Below are positions 13,686 through 28,490 of a DNA stretch of 64,000 nucleotides, piece by piece. The DNA comes from Octopus vulgaris (Eukaryota). The DNA is taken from contig OX597824.1 in assembly GCA_951406725.2 (NCBI GenBank), positions 73,718,001 to 73,782,000 of the forward strand. The letters are read 5' to 3'. The position numbers and the translations under genes were made by a program. Below the pieces are notes generated by a model. The model saw only the letters and a program-made list of their open reading frames with translations. It was not told the origin of the DNA and ran no database searches. Position 1 is the first letter of the stretch. Each line of letters starts with the position of its first letter.

Positions 13686-15179
13686 TTAGGTGTTAGCAAG
13701 TGAGGTAGCCAAGGGAAAAGTTGCTAACAATATTTGTTGTGTGTATGGGTAGCACAAAGAGGCATCATCAACATTCTGAGGCCAATCTGAAGAACCAGAG
13801 CACTGTTGGAGCCAGGTATCAGGGCTGGCATTCAACATTTCTTCACAATCTATTACAGTGTTCATCTGAAAACTAATGGGAAGTTGAGACATTTGTGAAT
13901 CTTTTGAAAGTAGTGCTGCATTTTCTATATGACCAACAGAAGTTACAGATTCAGAAGACCAAGGAATTAGAATAGGATCTGGATCTTTGATCAGTGTGGT
14001 GATTTCATCTTCATTCTGTTGGTCATCTCGTATTGCAATAGAATATTCTTGTGGCATATTAATTACTGGCTGAAATTCGTTTGAGGAATTACATTGCTCA
14101 TAAGTAATTGAATTGTTTGGCCCAGGAGCTTCCACCTCAGGAAGTTGAGTTTCTGGTTGGAAGTTGGAAGTACAGTTTTCAGTAGAGTCAGTTGTAAAAT
14201 AAACTGATGATATATTTTGAAATCCTGGCATTGTCCACGTTTTGGGGCTAAATTGGCGGTTTATGGTCCAATAGCAACCTTTTCTATTGATAGATTCTGT
14301 GCTAAAATGTATTTTCCTGAACCATTTTTGGTAAAGCGCATGGCGGATAGAACTCCTCCAGCTGTTAATAGCCATCCGATCCATGAAACGAAAATAAGGG
14401 TATTTATTCTGAAGCACTGTATATATCTGGTGAACTTGTAGCAGACCATCTGGAGAACCATCGATGGCTTGAGCAACGAGCTCTACCAATTTATTAGGCG
14501 GTTTCAAAAGCCGTGTCCCCTTGGGGAGAATATGTGAGTTATCGTAGAGATCATCATTCTTATGGTGAGTCACATAACAATTGAAATTGTTATAGGATCT
14601 TCTCTTACGTTTGCCAGAGTAAGAAGTCGGAAAGAACACCTGTCCTTCGTTCAAAATCTCTTCGTCTGAATCGATCGACTGGGGTTGTTCTTCAGCATTG
14701 TCTGGAATATAATAGTAATGCTTTTCGGGAAACATGTTGACAACATACAGTTTGGCTCTCTCGTGGATAAAACATTCTTCGGTTTTGGTAAAACTGTAGT
14801 CATCGTCAGTAGCGAGTTTCAACAAGATGTTTCTCTTAATCTCTTGTGATTCCCAGCCCAAGTCCAGTGATTTCTCAGCACGATCGCCTTCCAGGAAGGA
14901 AATCTCCAATTTGTCGTCTCTCTGGTAGTTCACCTGCGGAACTTCAGAAGAACACTGATCAATTGCTTTTGTGGGTGGTGAGTAGTTCTCTTTCACACCT
15001 AGATCTATTTTCTCGATTGGTCTCTCCTTCACGGGACCCCTTTTCGGTAAGGATACTTCTAGGATCTGTATGTCGTCGTTGAAATTGTTCTGTATTTCAT
15101 GCAGCTGCTTTCTTCCACGCCGACGAACCCCAGCATTCTGGGAATTCCTCTTCCCTGACTGGTAATTGAAATTATTCAT
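13686..15179 (-). CDS. Divergent forkhead (Fox) domain transcription factor, 497 aa, single coding exon
   Basis: ORF contains KPPNKLVELVAQAIDGSPDGLLQVHQIYTVLQNKYPYFR...WRSSIRHAL...FRKI...KGCYWTIN, which matches the winged-helix pattern KPP..LI..AI..SP...L....IY......PY.R...W.NSIRHNL...F.K...KG.YW. Fox class cannot be assigned by eye. A possible acceptor at 15197 suggests upstream UTR exons. Confidence 0.88.
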   Translation of the reverse strand: MNNFNYQSGKRNSQNAGVRRRGRKQLHEIQNNFNDDIQILEVSLPKRGPVKERPIEKIDLGVKENYSPPTKAIDQCSSEVPQVNYQRDDKLEISFLEGDRAEKSLDLGWESQEIKRNILLKLATDDDYSFTKTEECFIHERAKLYVVNMFPEKHYYYIPDNAEEQPQSIDSDEEILNEGQVFFPTSYSGKRKRRSYNNFNCYVTHHKNDDLYDNSHILPKGTRLLKPPNKLVELVAQAIDGSPDGLLQVHQIYTVLQNKYPYFRFMDRMAINSWRSSIRHALYQKWFRKIHFSTESINRKGCYWTINRQFSPKTWTMPGFQNISSVYFTTDSTENCTSNFQPETQLPEVEAPGPNNSITYEQCNSSNEFQPVINMPQEYSIAIRDDQQNEDEITTLIKDPDPILIPWSSESVTSVGHIENAALLSKDSQMSQLPISFQMNTVIDCEEMLNASPDTWLQQCSGSSDWPQNVDDASLCYPYTQQILLATFPLATSLANT

Positions 15180-15519
15180 AGAACTACGTTCGTGGTCTGA
15201 TTTTTGGACAGCAAGAAAGAAATTTATAGAAAACAGATGGATAAATTTTTCTTTGTTTTACTTGACAAAAGGTATTTTTTGTCTTCTTAGTTAGTAATCC
15301 ATTCTCTTGGCACTGTTTCGTCTGGTAATGTTTTGTATTCTACAATACACGCATATGTACCGGCAACACAGATATGGGAGTCTGGATAGGGAGGTAGGCC
15401 TTTTTTTTCTTCTTTATATATCTATACATATATATCTGTATATTAATATTTATAAGGACATAAACATCTATATATCTTTACAGATATATATATATATATA
15501 TATATATATATTCTGTATG

Positions 15520-15572
<53 letters not shown>

Positions 15573-16844
15573 GTATATATATATATGTATATATAGGGTG
15601 TTGTTGGGTAAACAGAATTGGCTTTCGGAGACGAGTTGTGAAAATTTATGAAAGAGAAATGGTAACACGGAAATCCGTCGAAGGACAAGGACACGGAATC
15701 GTTTTCCCAATCAGTGTAAGACAAAAGAAACTTACTTTAAAGATGAAAAAAGTGAGTGAAATTGCTATAACTCATCTGCTGGTTAAAGTTAACCCAGAAG
15801 CCATTACAGGTCAGTTATTGCCCCTGGATCAGAGAGTGAGTGAGAGAAAAGTAGAGGGATGTATAGAGAGAGGGGAAAAAGAGACAGAAAGGGAAAGAAA
15901 GACAAAGGCATTTACAGCAAGAGAGCGAGAGAGAGAGAGAAGGGATGATTTATATGAAAGTAAAAATTGAAATAAACTAATGATAAAGCTTTCACTTTGA
16001 GCAATAAGAAGGATCAAGTTATTTGTCTTTTTTCTTCTTTTTTTCCCTCACTTCTTTAAACATGTGTTGCCAAATGTCATTTCTGGGTTTTGTCGTCTAT
16101 GGAATTAAGCCAAGGTTTGATAGAATTAAAGAACAGAGATGAGATAGTGGGGGAGAAGAAAGAGAGAAAGGGACAAGAAGAAGAATTCTTTGAAAGAGAG
16201 AGAGGGATAGATAGAGAGATAAAGAGGAGGAGAGGAGAAATGGATGGAGGATGGGGACAGCGTCTGAAAGTGACAGAGTGAAAGATAGAGAGACAGAGAA
16301 AGAGAGAAGGGTCAAAGAGTGTGTCGGAGGAGGAAGAGATAGAAAGGTAGAGATATAATTAATTAGATGCAGTAAAAAATAGATAGGGAGGTGATGAGAG
16401 AAAATCAGAAGGCGTAGAGAGTGGAGAAGACAAGAGAGAGAGACAGAGAGAGAGAGATTGGAGAGGGAAAAATAAAGAATAAAAAAGGGGGTGCGGATCA
16501 TAAACTAAAAAGAAATAGTAAGATCAGAGAGCGAGAGAGAAAGAGAAAGAGAGAAGGAGAGAGTTCATGAGAACTAATTGTGTAAAAGAGAGACGCGGCG
16601 TCTGCTCGAAATCCATTTTTTGAAATGTACATTTCAAGAGAGACCAATGAACAACAACTCACAGACCAGCCAACCAACCAACCAGCCAGCCAGCAAGCCG
16701 GCCAACCATTCAGCCCACCAGCCGACCATCCAGCCCGCCAGCAGACATCTGTTTCTCCGGCCTTCATTCTAATTAATAATATAATTATTTGTTGTAATAA
16801 AACAATGAAGCCAAACCGACAACAAAGGTCTTTCCATCTTTAAT

Positions 16845-16855
16845 TTCCTTCCTTC

Positions 16856-16928
<73 letters not shown>

Positions 16929-17400
16929 TTCTTTCTTTCTTTCTTTCTTTCTTTCCTCCCTTCCTTCCTTCCTTCCTTCCTTCCTTCCTTCTTTCCTTCC
17001 TTCCTTCTTTCTTTCCTTCTTTCTTTCTTTCTTTCTTTCTTTTCTTCTTTCCTTCCTTCCTTCCTTCTTTCCTTCCTTCCTTCCTTCTTTCCTTCTTTCT
17101 TTCTTTCTTTCTTGAAGCACGCATGCCATTTCTCTCTCTCTCTCTATCACACACACACACACACACACACAATATACAAGATACATATACTATATATATG
17201 TTTTGTATGTATGTATGTATGTATGTGCGTGTATGTATGTATGTATGTATGTATGTATGTATGTATGTATGTATGTATGTATGTATGTATGTGCGTGTAT
17301 GTATGTATGTATGTATGTATGTGCATGTATGTATGTATGTATGTATGTATGTATGTATGTATGTATGTATGTGTATGTATGTGTGAGTGTGTGTGTATAT
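16845..17400. repeat. Compound microsatellite (TTTC/TTCC, CA, TATG)
   Basis: Seen directly; accounts for the low-complexity ORFs in the track. Confidence 0.95.
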
Positions 17401-17705
17401 GATGATGGCTTAGCTGACCGAAACTTCGAAGTCGTTGTCAATAATATTTTCACTTAAAAATAGTAAATTTGTACTCTACCAAATTATAGAGTAAACCATT
17501 AGAATAATGTAAAACTGTTTTTATTAAAAATTAAAAATGAACATAGAAAAAAAACATTAGTGGTTGTGTAATTAGAAGTTTGCTTCACAATCATATCGTC
17601 CCGGGTTCGGTTCTACTGCGTGGCACCTTAGGCAAGTGTTTTCTACTATCGCCTCCCAAAGCCTTGTCAGTGGATTTGGCAGACTGAAACTGAAAGAAGC
17701 TCACC

Positions 17706-17774
<69 letters not shown>

Positions 17775-18235
17775 GTCATTCTCGAGTGCTACTGGTAACA
17801 CGTAGCCTCGTACAACGTGTCACATGGTAGGGTCGTTTGCGATTAAACCGGCAACACCGCGAAGCATACTTGGTGAGGAGAGTGATTATTGGAAACTCTG
17901 CGGAATGAAGAACGTGACCTGTCAAAGGATGGAGGAACTCATGAGAAGCAACGAGCATCCAATTGCCTGTTTATCAGTCTTGTGGAACTCTTGTATCAAC
18001 AGTACCAAGAAATGTGAATGGTTCCACGAAAAGCATTATCATTTTCACAACGTCTTTGTGTATTGTTCAAGGGATCTGCTTACTCCGCATTTATCAAGAT
18101 CACCCTGAAAAGGAGGAAAAAGAAGAAAAAAATAAAGTTCTTTGGCTCTCATGCGCCGCATGCGACGAGTTCATCATATAATATATATACCTACATACAT
18201 ACGTACGTACGTACGTACGTACGTACATACATACA

Positions 18236-18328
<93 letters not shown>

Positions 18329-18513
18329 ATATAAAATGGGACAAGAACGCAAAACATCCGGACAATTCCAGATTGGAGCAATCTCAAGATTAATCAGCCG
18401 AAATCGCAAGGATGATCCGGTTCTTGACTGAGGATATTTTTATATCGTCTATCTGGGTGTTTTGTTGTCCCTTTTTGTATCACCTAGTTGTCCGGATGTT
18501 TTGCGTTCTTGTC

Positions 18514-18639
<126 letters not shown>

Positions 18640-18933
18640 GTACGTATGTATGTATGTACGTATGTATGTATGTATGTATGTATATTCACTTTAAAGAAAA
18701 ACCTTTGATTCAAAAACACTGTGTATAGACTCGATACTTGGAATGACCAATTTTAAATACTGTTAGATTTTACTCATAAAGTATTGGAATCTTACATGTA
18801 TACCATTTTGCCTAAAAAATGAATCTACAAATTCAGTATCCCTACATATCTCACATCTATTCTCTTTCCTCCATCTCACTCTCTATTTTGTATCATATCT
18901 AAATTAACTACTACTTAACTATCCTCTCACATC

Positions 18934-18985
18934 GTCTCCGATGAAGGGATATAATTAATAAATATCCTGGAAACAGCTGTAAGAC
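18934..18985 (+). ncRNA. Type I hammerhead-like motif with U4C substitution
   Basis: GUCU-CCGAUGA-A-GGGAUAU(loop)AUAUCCU-G-GAAA-CAGCUG-UA-AGAC. Confidence 0.55.
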
Positions 18986-19102
18986 CTTCTATCTATAAAT
19001 GTTCTAAAATCTACTTAGCCTTGTTTTTTTTTATGTCATTACGAAAAAAAATTATACATACATACCTACATACATACATACATACATACATACATACATA
19101 CA

Positions 19103-19197
<95 letters not shown>

Positions 19198-20029
19198 TAA
19201 CGGAGAAAAAGACAAAAAATAGCAACGTATATAAAAGAAAAAAATGTGATAAAAAATCCCAGCAGATATCAATAAAGCATTCAGTATTAAATGTTTTAAA
19301 TGTTCAACAATCAGTTACCAGTAATTGTAAGAAGCATACATATCCGCAGGTAAATCCTCCTTATGCATGATAGGTAATTTTAACTCAGAACGTAGCGGCA
19401 GACGAAATACCTATTTCTTTACTACCCACAAGGGGCTAAACACAGAGAGGACAAACAAGGACAGACAAACGAATTAAGTCGATTTTATCGACCCCAGTGC
19501 GTAACTGGTACTTGATTTATCGACCCCGAGAGGATGAAAGGCAAAATCGACCTCGGCGGAATTTGAACTCGGAACGTAGCGGCAGACGAAATACCGCTAA
19601 GTATTTCGCCCGGCGTGCTAACGTTTCTGCCAGCTCGCCGCCTCTCCAGCAATTGTTTCTATTGCATTAACACACACACGTGTGTGTGTGTGTGTACACA
19701 CATGTATATTCATGTATATGTAGTTAGTTACTGGCGCTCCGTTAGTTACGACAACGAGGATTCCATTTGAAACGAACAGTAGAACGGCTTGCTCGTGAAA
19801 TTAATGTGTAAGTGACTGAGCACTCCACAGAAACGCGTACCTTTCACGTAGTTCTCAAGAAGATTCATCACGACACAGAATGTGACAAGGCTGGCTCTTT
19901 GAATTACAGGTACAATTTTTGTCAGCCGAGTGGACCAGAGCAACGTAAAATAAAGCATATTGAATCACATTCAGAGAAGAACATTCCGACTGACTGCAAT
20001 TTAGTTACAAACAAACACGATCCAGCCAC

Positions 20030-20370
20030 TGACTCACAGGCGTGTGCCTCCTTTCTTTGTCTTTTATATCGCTATTATTATGGATTCTGTTCTTCGTATC
20101 TGATTGGTCTTGTCCCTCAACCATTCGGCGTCAACTATTCATCCTTCGTCTCTCTTGGTGCATCCAGCTTCCCCAGCCACGTACTAACCAGTATGTCTAG
20201 TCCCCTCTTTCTAGAACGTTGCCTCTCCTTCATGTCTCTTCTCCCTGCCCATGTCTCTCCGACCAATGTTGACCTGCAATAGTTTAAGTGGAACATTAAC
20301 AGCATCAAGCTCTCCAATTTCAGAAGGCCTACAAAGGGTATGAGCTATGCCCCTTTCACCAGATGCGACA
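20030..20370 (+). mobile_element. Degenerate LINE ORF2 C-terminus
   Basis: LCLLYRYYYGFCSSYLIGLVP...VDLQ*FK.NIN, a non-LTR RT C-terminal motif; a similar relic lies on the minus strand at about 55920-56120. Confidence 0.55.
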
Positions 20371-20457
20371 ATACACACACACTCACACACATACACGCAC
20401 ATTAAATTTTATGAGGACAATCCGTATATAGTTCTACAAATTATATTGAATTAGAAC

Positions 20458-20528
20458 GATCCTACTGAAGAGTCCACGGACGGTGATTACGTAAGAAAAA
20501 TCGTTAATGACGAAATCGGTCTACGATT
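20458..20528 (+). ncRNA. Type I hammerhead motif
   Basis: GAUcCUA-CUGAAGA-GUC...GAC-GAAA-UCGG-UC-UACGAUU. Confidence 0.6.
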
Positions 20529-20696
20529 AATTCTTTATTTTTGTATATTTGCATCTGTCTTATCCGCTTATGTTCTGGTGTTTGCTGAATTTATCTAGAA
20601 AACATTCTTTTCTTTGTGGTTAGCTGGTAGGTGATTTTCTAGCATATTGGATGTCCACTTAGTGGTCATCCCTTATTATACGTATGTAAATATAAA

Positions 20697-20737
<41 letters not shown>

Positions 20738-20881
20738 GTATATGTATATATATATATATATATTGTTGTATTTAGGAATGGTCATTTTGCCAGTTTAGCC
20801 AATAAAAACACACGCTCTATATATTTGGTTTTACTTTGCTTCAGCGTTATTTATTTTTTACATTAATCTTAATCTTATTTC

Positions 20882-20926
20882 GGCCAGAGTTCTTTCGTCA
20901 CACTCCTGTGACTTCATCAGTGGTCC
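20882..20926 (-). ncRNA. Minimal type I hammerhead motif (inverted twin of 21733-21777)
   Basis: GGaCCA-CUGAUGA-A-GUCACA ggag UGUGAC-GAAA-GAAC-UC-UGGCC on the minus strand. Confidence 0.75.
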
Positions 20927-21170
20927 TTTGCTTTCTTCTTTGTGTCTCTCCTTACTAACGGTCAGCCATTTTGTATTTTGTATTTCTATTGTATGTGTCT
21001 TCATTTGTGCATGCGTATATCTCTATGTGTGTCTATGTTTAGTTAGTGTGCGTGTGTGTGTGTGTGTGTGTGTTTGGGGGAAGTGCCTGTAATATTTGTA
21101 TCTCCTGTTTATATACGTTCGTGTAATTTGTTTTTGTTTATTTTTATTTTGTTCATGTGTTTACACCTAC

Positions 21171-21237
<67 letters not shown>

Positions 21238-21732
21238 CATTATTATTATTATCATCATTATTATGTATGTATGTATAATAATAATAATAATAATAAAAAA
21301 TGTATATAGTTATTTACTTCCATTTGTTTATTTATCTGTGTATTTTATTTTATTATGTTTTCAGTTTTGTTTATATTGTTACCCGTTTATGTGGATCTTC
21401 TTCTGTCATATGCTGTGGTGTGTTCTAGTGTTCCATTCCACTTTCCGATTCAGGCTAGGTTTATCTTCTATTATGTGTGTAGCTTCCGTAATTTGTCTGA
21501 TTGTTGCGTCCGTTCTATGTGTGGACAAGATTTTAACAAAAACAAAATACACGAACGTATATAAACAGGAGATACAAATATTACAGCCACCCCCCACATA
21601 CACACACGCACACTAACTAAACATAGACACACATAGAGATATACGCATGCGCAAATGAAGACACATACAATAGAAATACAAAATACAAAATGGCTGACCG
21701 TTAGTAAGGAGAGACACAAAGAAGAAAGCAAA

Positions 21733-21777
21733 GGACCACTGATGAGGTCACAGGAGTGTGACGAAAGAACTCTGGCC
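21733..21777 (+). ncRNA. Minimal type I hammerhead ribozyme motif
   Basis: GGaCCA-CUGAUGA-G-GUCACA ggag UGUGAC-GAAA-GAAC-UC-UGGCC. Confidence 0.75.
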
Positions 21778-21872
21778 GAAATAAGATTAAAATTAATGTA
21801 AAAAATAAATAACGCTGAAGCAAAGTAACACCAAATATAATACTGCTATGTGGTCCAGTTGTTGGGGACTCT

Positions 21873-22173
21873 TGTTATAGCGGTCAGTGAGAACTGAGAA
21901 GGGGACGGACAACATTCCATGGATAGGGCAGGATTCGTGACAGACGAACTATAGACAGAAACTTCGCTGCGAGCTAGCTGGGAAGTTGGTCAGCAGTAAA
22001 AGGAAAGGGACTTCCGGTGGGAGAAGGAAAACAAAAGGATGTCAACAGTAAGTGTGAAGCAAATCTGAACTAAACAGAAATAATTGACGACTTAAGCCGT
22101 GATGTACGCAAAGTAATAAACCTTTAATAAATCTAATCTCGTCTCCACTAGTTTGTTTACGTATAGCTTAACA
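21873..22173 (+). mobile_element. Possible solo LTR
   Basis: TGTTA...TAACA ends with AATAAA signals near the 3' end; no clear TSD. Confidence 0.3.
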
Positions 22174-22227
22174 AAACTATACATGTTTAATAAAATTAAT
22201 GTGTGTTGTATTTGTTAATTAAGATAG

Positions 22228-22290
<63 letters not shown>

Positions 22291-22297
22291 TATGATA

Positions 22298-22594
22298 TCT
22301 TTATATATAAAAGAAAGGTTGTGTGTCTGTCTACTCCGATTTAGATTCCTAACTACTCCCACATTTTGTGGTGCAGTTTAACCAAAACCGGGTATCTTAT
22401 AGTCGTGATTCATATCAAGCCCTTCTGATTCATATCAAGCGCGCGTCTACGATGAGTCTACGATTTTAAAAATAATTTACCATCATTTTTTTCCATTTTA
22501 ATGCATATTTTTTAATATAAGGGAAGTAACTCTCTAAAATGTCTACGATGACATTTCACTTACAAACCCGAGCAACGTCGGGCGATACTGCTAG
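22298..22594 (+). mobile_element. Complete short non-autonomous Helitron
   Basis: A|TC 5' end (tctttatatataaaag..gtgtgtctgtc), 3' hairpin cccga-gcaacg-tcggg, terminal CTAG|T, and no TSD. Confidence 0.85.
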
Positions 22595-22618
22595 TATATA
22601 TATAAATATATATATATA

Positions 22619-24816
<2,198 letters not shown>

Positions 24817-24822
24817 CTATAT

Positions 24823-25645
24823 GGATCTTTTCCTTTTGATGGACGGAATTTTCTAGTTAACTAAACAATTTGAAACTTCGTATACTGGTAGAATGTGTCA
24901 AAAGAAAACATTATTGTAAACAAAATTGAAAATAAAATTGTAATTTGTAAGTTTAACGTAGTTTAATTCGAAGAATTTTAACCAATGAAATCCTAGCATT
25001 TGAGCTCAAATCATTTGCTGCGTCTAAAAACTCATACACACACGTCTCTTCTGTTTTCTGTCTTCTGTCTTCTGTTTGTGCTAGAAATAACAGCTATATC
25101 TCTTAAATCGAATAATTTCGTCGCCCAATAAAAATATTAACGATATTTTAAAAATATTTTCTTTATTTTTTTTTTACCGAAAAGGCTTCTCCCATGGTTT
25201 TGAAGGGCCAGAAACAACAAAAACAAAACAATGATATGCCTAAAGCGGTCTAGAGTTTGCGCGTGGAGTGTGAGTTGTATTGTAAAAATTTGTGAAATAT
25301 TTTTTCATAAAAGGATGCCCCAGCTTGTCGGAGGCTGTGATATAAATTGGGAAAAAAATCCTCGACACCAGTGCGTAATTGGTACTTAATTTATCGACCC
25401 CGAAACGATGTAACATTGACCCCCCCCCTTCTGGTTTATTTACCTTTTGTGTAAATTTGTTGCGGCAAGGGGCAAAACACAGAGGGGACAAAAGTATTAA
25501 GTCGATTCTATCGATACCAGTGCGAACACACGAACGTGTATGTATGCTTGTGTGCGTATGTGTGTGTATGTATATCTCCGTTTGTATGTGTGTGTGTACG
25601 CTTATATATTAATTACTATGTGCTTGTGAAAATGTATATGCATGT

Positions 25646-25693
<48 letters not shown>

Positions 25694-26016
25694 CAGAGAG
25701 TGTGTGTGTGCAAGTGTACGTGTGTATGTGTCTGAATATGTGTGTGTGTGTATGCGGCATGCGTCTGCTATGTTTCTTTATCAATATCGATAACGCAGCA
25801 AATGATTTGAGCTCAAATGCTGAGATTTCATTGGTTAAAATTCGAAGATGCTGGGATTTCATTGGTTAAAATTCTTCGAATTAAACTACGTTAAACTTAC
25901 AAATTACAATTTTGTTTTCAATTTTGTTTACAATAATGTTTTCTTTTGACACATTCTATCAGTATACGAAGTTTCAAATTTTTTAGTTAACTAGAAAATT
26001 CCGTCCATCAAAAGGA
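24823..26016. mobile_element. Long-TIR (about 190 bp) non-autonomous DNA element related to the GGATCTTTTC MITE
   Basis: 24832-25023 is the reverse complement of 25793-26016; shares taactaaac..aaacttcgtatactggtagaatgtgt with 30353 and 57092. Confidence 0.8.
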
Positions 26017-26126
26017 CTATATATAGTTAATCCAAACATGAAAACACAAAGAGAAAACACAACAACGCGAGGACGTGGTACAAGTATAGTATTATTGGAC
26101 GCTCAGGAAAGAAGGAAAGAAGGAGG

Positions 26127-26161
26127 GTTTAACGTTTCGAGCGGAGCTCTTCGTCAGAAAC
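26127..26161 (-). ncRNA. Minimal type I hammerhead ribozyme motif (Penelope-like)
   Basis: GUUU-CUGACGA-A-GAGC ucc GCUC-GAAA-CG-UU-AAAC: intact core, 4-bp stem II, 4-bp stem I. Confidence 0.8.
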
Positions 26162-26272
26162 ATAGGAAAAGGAAAGATCCAAAGAAGGGAAGACGGAGGA
26201 AGAAAAATCGCCAACTGTACACACGCAGTATATATATATATATATGTATGTATGTATGCATGTATATATATA

Positions 26273-26588
26273 CTAGCAGTATCACCCGGCGTTGCTCGGG
26301 TTTGTAAGGGAAATAACTATATAAGCATTTTTAGAGATGTAAAGTATAATAGCCATCTCAATATGGCTAACCACAAAGGTTACTGTAGCTTTTTACGTTC
26401 TGAGATTTAATAATAAATTTTTAGAGAGTTACTTCCCTTATATATGCCAAAAATCCATTAAAAATGGGGAAAATTGATGGTAAATTTTTTTTAAAACCGT
26501 AGACTCATCGTAGAAGGGCTCGATATGAATCACGACTATAAAATACCCGGTTTTTGGTTAAACTGCACCGCAAAATGTGGGAGTAGTT
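26273..26588 (-). mobile_element. Non-autonomous Helitron, same family, 5'-truncated
   Basis: Reverse complement of 22350-22594, including the CTAG end and the cccgagcaacgccggg hairpin. Confidence 0.85.
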
Positions 26589-27348
26589 CTGGCTGTCTTG
26601 TGTGTAGCATTTCCGTAAGAGTTTTTTGACACATGTATTAGCATACATGTGTTTTCTTAACCCGTACGAGTAGTGATGGTACTTCCGATTGTGATAATCG
26701 ATATATTTGTTACTCGTAATTTTATACACCACTTTGTGTGTAGACATATGTTTTCACTGTTGATCGGAAAGTCGGGCAATTTACAACTAATTAACTGAAT
26801 ACGTTGTCACCTCCACCTCTCAAAAGCTTCACTACTTCAGGCTTACAGCTCCAGATATCCATGAACTGATAACTACTGTAATGGACAACAAATTCTTCAA
26901 CACCAATGACATCTAAATGTATGTATGTATGTATGTATGTATGTATGTATGTATGTATGTATGTATGTATGTATGTATGGATGGATGGATGGATGGATGG
27001 ATGGATGTATGGATGGATGGATGGATGGATGGATGGATGGATGCATGTAGGTAGCTAGGTGTTTATATGTGTTCACCTCCCACACAAGAATAATATAACA
27101 TGAGGATAAAGTATATCAGGCTTTAATAGTAGATCACAATGCCTTACATCATCCAGCCTTGTGTTATATTATTCTTATATTAATTTCATGCATATACATA
27201 GAGGAGTTTCACGTGTGTATCCAGCACTGGAAAATACCATACTGTAGGATAACATGTGGGAATCAAATAATGGCATAGGAGCTCTTAAATGCACGTTATA
27301 TATTATCCGAAGTGTACAGTATTATATAATATCCATTACGGCCGATCT

Positions 27349-27428
27349 TACCAATCGGTTTCGCGCTAGGGGTTCAATGGAATGTTAAGTAACAATCCGA
27401 TTATGTAACCCTGCGCTCATCAGAGGTA
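27349..27428 (-). ncRNA. Type I hammerhead motif with long stem II
   Basis: UACCu-CUGAUGA-GCGCAGGGUU...AACCCCUAGCGC-GAAA-CCGA-UU-GGUA. Confidence 0.65.
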
Positions 27429-27499
27429 GCCGTTTTACCTGACTTATGGACTCTCAGATGACTTACACATACGTGAGTGCACGCCCCCCTCCACGTATA

Positions 27500-28000
27500 T
27501 ATGAGGTGCATTGCAAATGTTTCGAGACTTTTTTAGAAGCAGCAGTTATAACTGTCCTAAATTACTGTAATTTCAGTGTATCGTTGCATATATATGATAA
27601 GCTGACCTGCTAACTTTTGTTATTCCAAATTGAAGGAGACGGCTGTAACGTTACTTTCAACACATCCCACTATTTTGCACTATTAGGCGAAAACTTACAA
27701 AAAGCTTCAGACTACTTAAGAATTAACTCGACTAAGTTGAGCACGTGTTTTCCGCTTGCACAAGAGGTTCAAGTACGATAAAAAGTAGGGCATCAAATTT
27801 GTCCTTTACACTCCCTACACTTCCAGACCTTGCTTCCCGTGACTTTTGGTCGTTCTCCAAGCTGAAGAAGAACCTCAGGAGCAGTCGTTTTGAAGATGAA
27901 AGGGGCTGTGATAAGGATCTTCGATACCTTCATTTTGAAAGACTTCTATGGAGCCTTCATGAAGCGGCTGGAGAACTGCAGCAAGTACAATAAAGACAGT
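27500..28000 (+). mobile_element. Mariner transposase relic
   Basis: LPDLASRDFWSFSKLKKNLRSSRF, resembling SPDLAPSDF.LF.KLK..LRG.RF. Confidence 0.55.
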
Positions 28001-28234
28001 CGTCTTTTCTGTAGGCTTTTCTTTCCACGGATGAACCTAATCTTGTTTCATACTTAAAAAAAAAATTCTTTCTGTGATACACGATTCCTTTTGATCGCCC
28101 CCCCCCCGATACTATTTGATCGGAATTTTACATTTGTTCTCTTTTTCTTCTTTTTTCCCCCATTTTCGAAAAGAAAAGCTCTACATTTGTATTTGTCCCC
28201 TCTGTGTTCTGCCCTGTATGGCCGTTAAAGAAAG

Positions 28235-28235
<1 letters not shown>

Positions 28236-28283
<48 letters not shown>

Positions 28284-28292
28284 AATCTATTC

Positions 28293-28358
<66 letters not shown>

Positions 28359-28367
28359 AATCTATTC

Positions 28368-28408
<41 letters not shown>

Positions 28409-28433
28409 TCTCTATCTATCTATCTATCTATTC

Positions 28434-28490
<57 letters not shown>

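Larger units (their letters stand above)
20819..21840. repeat. Long inverted repeat (arms about 20819-21140 and 21535-21840) around an (ATT)n spacer
   Basis: The arms are near-identical reverse complements of about 310-320 bp. Confidence 0.9.
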
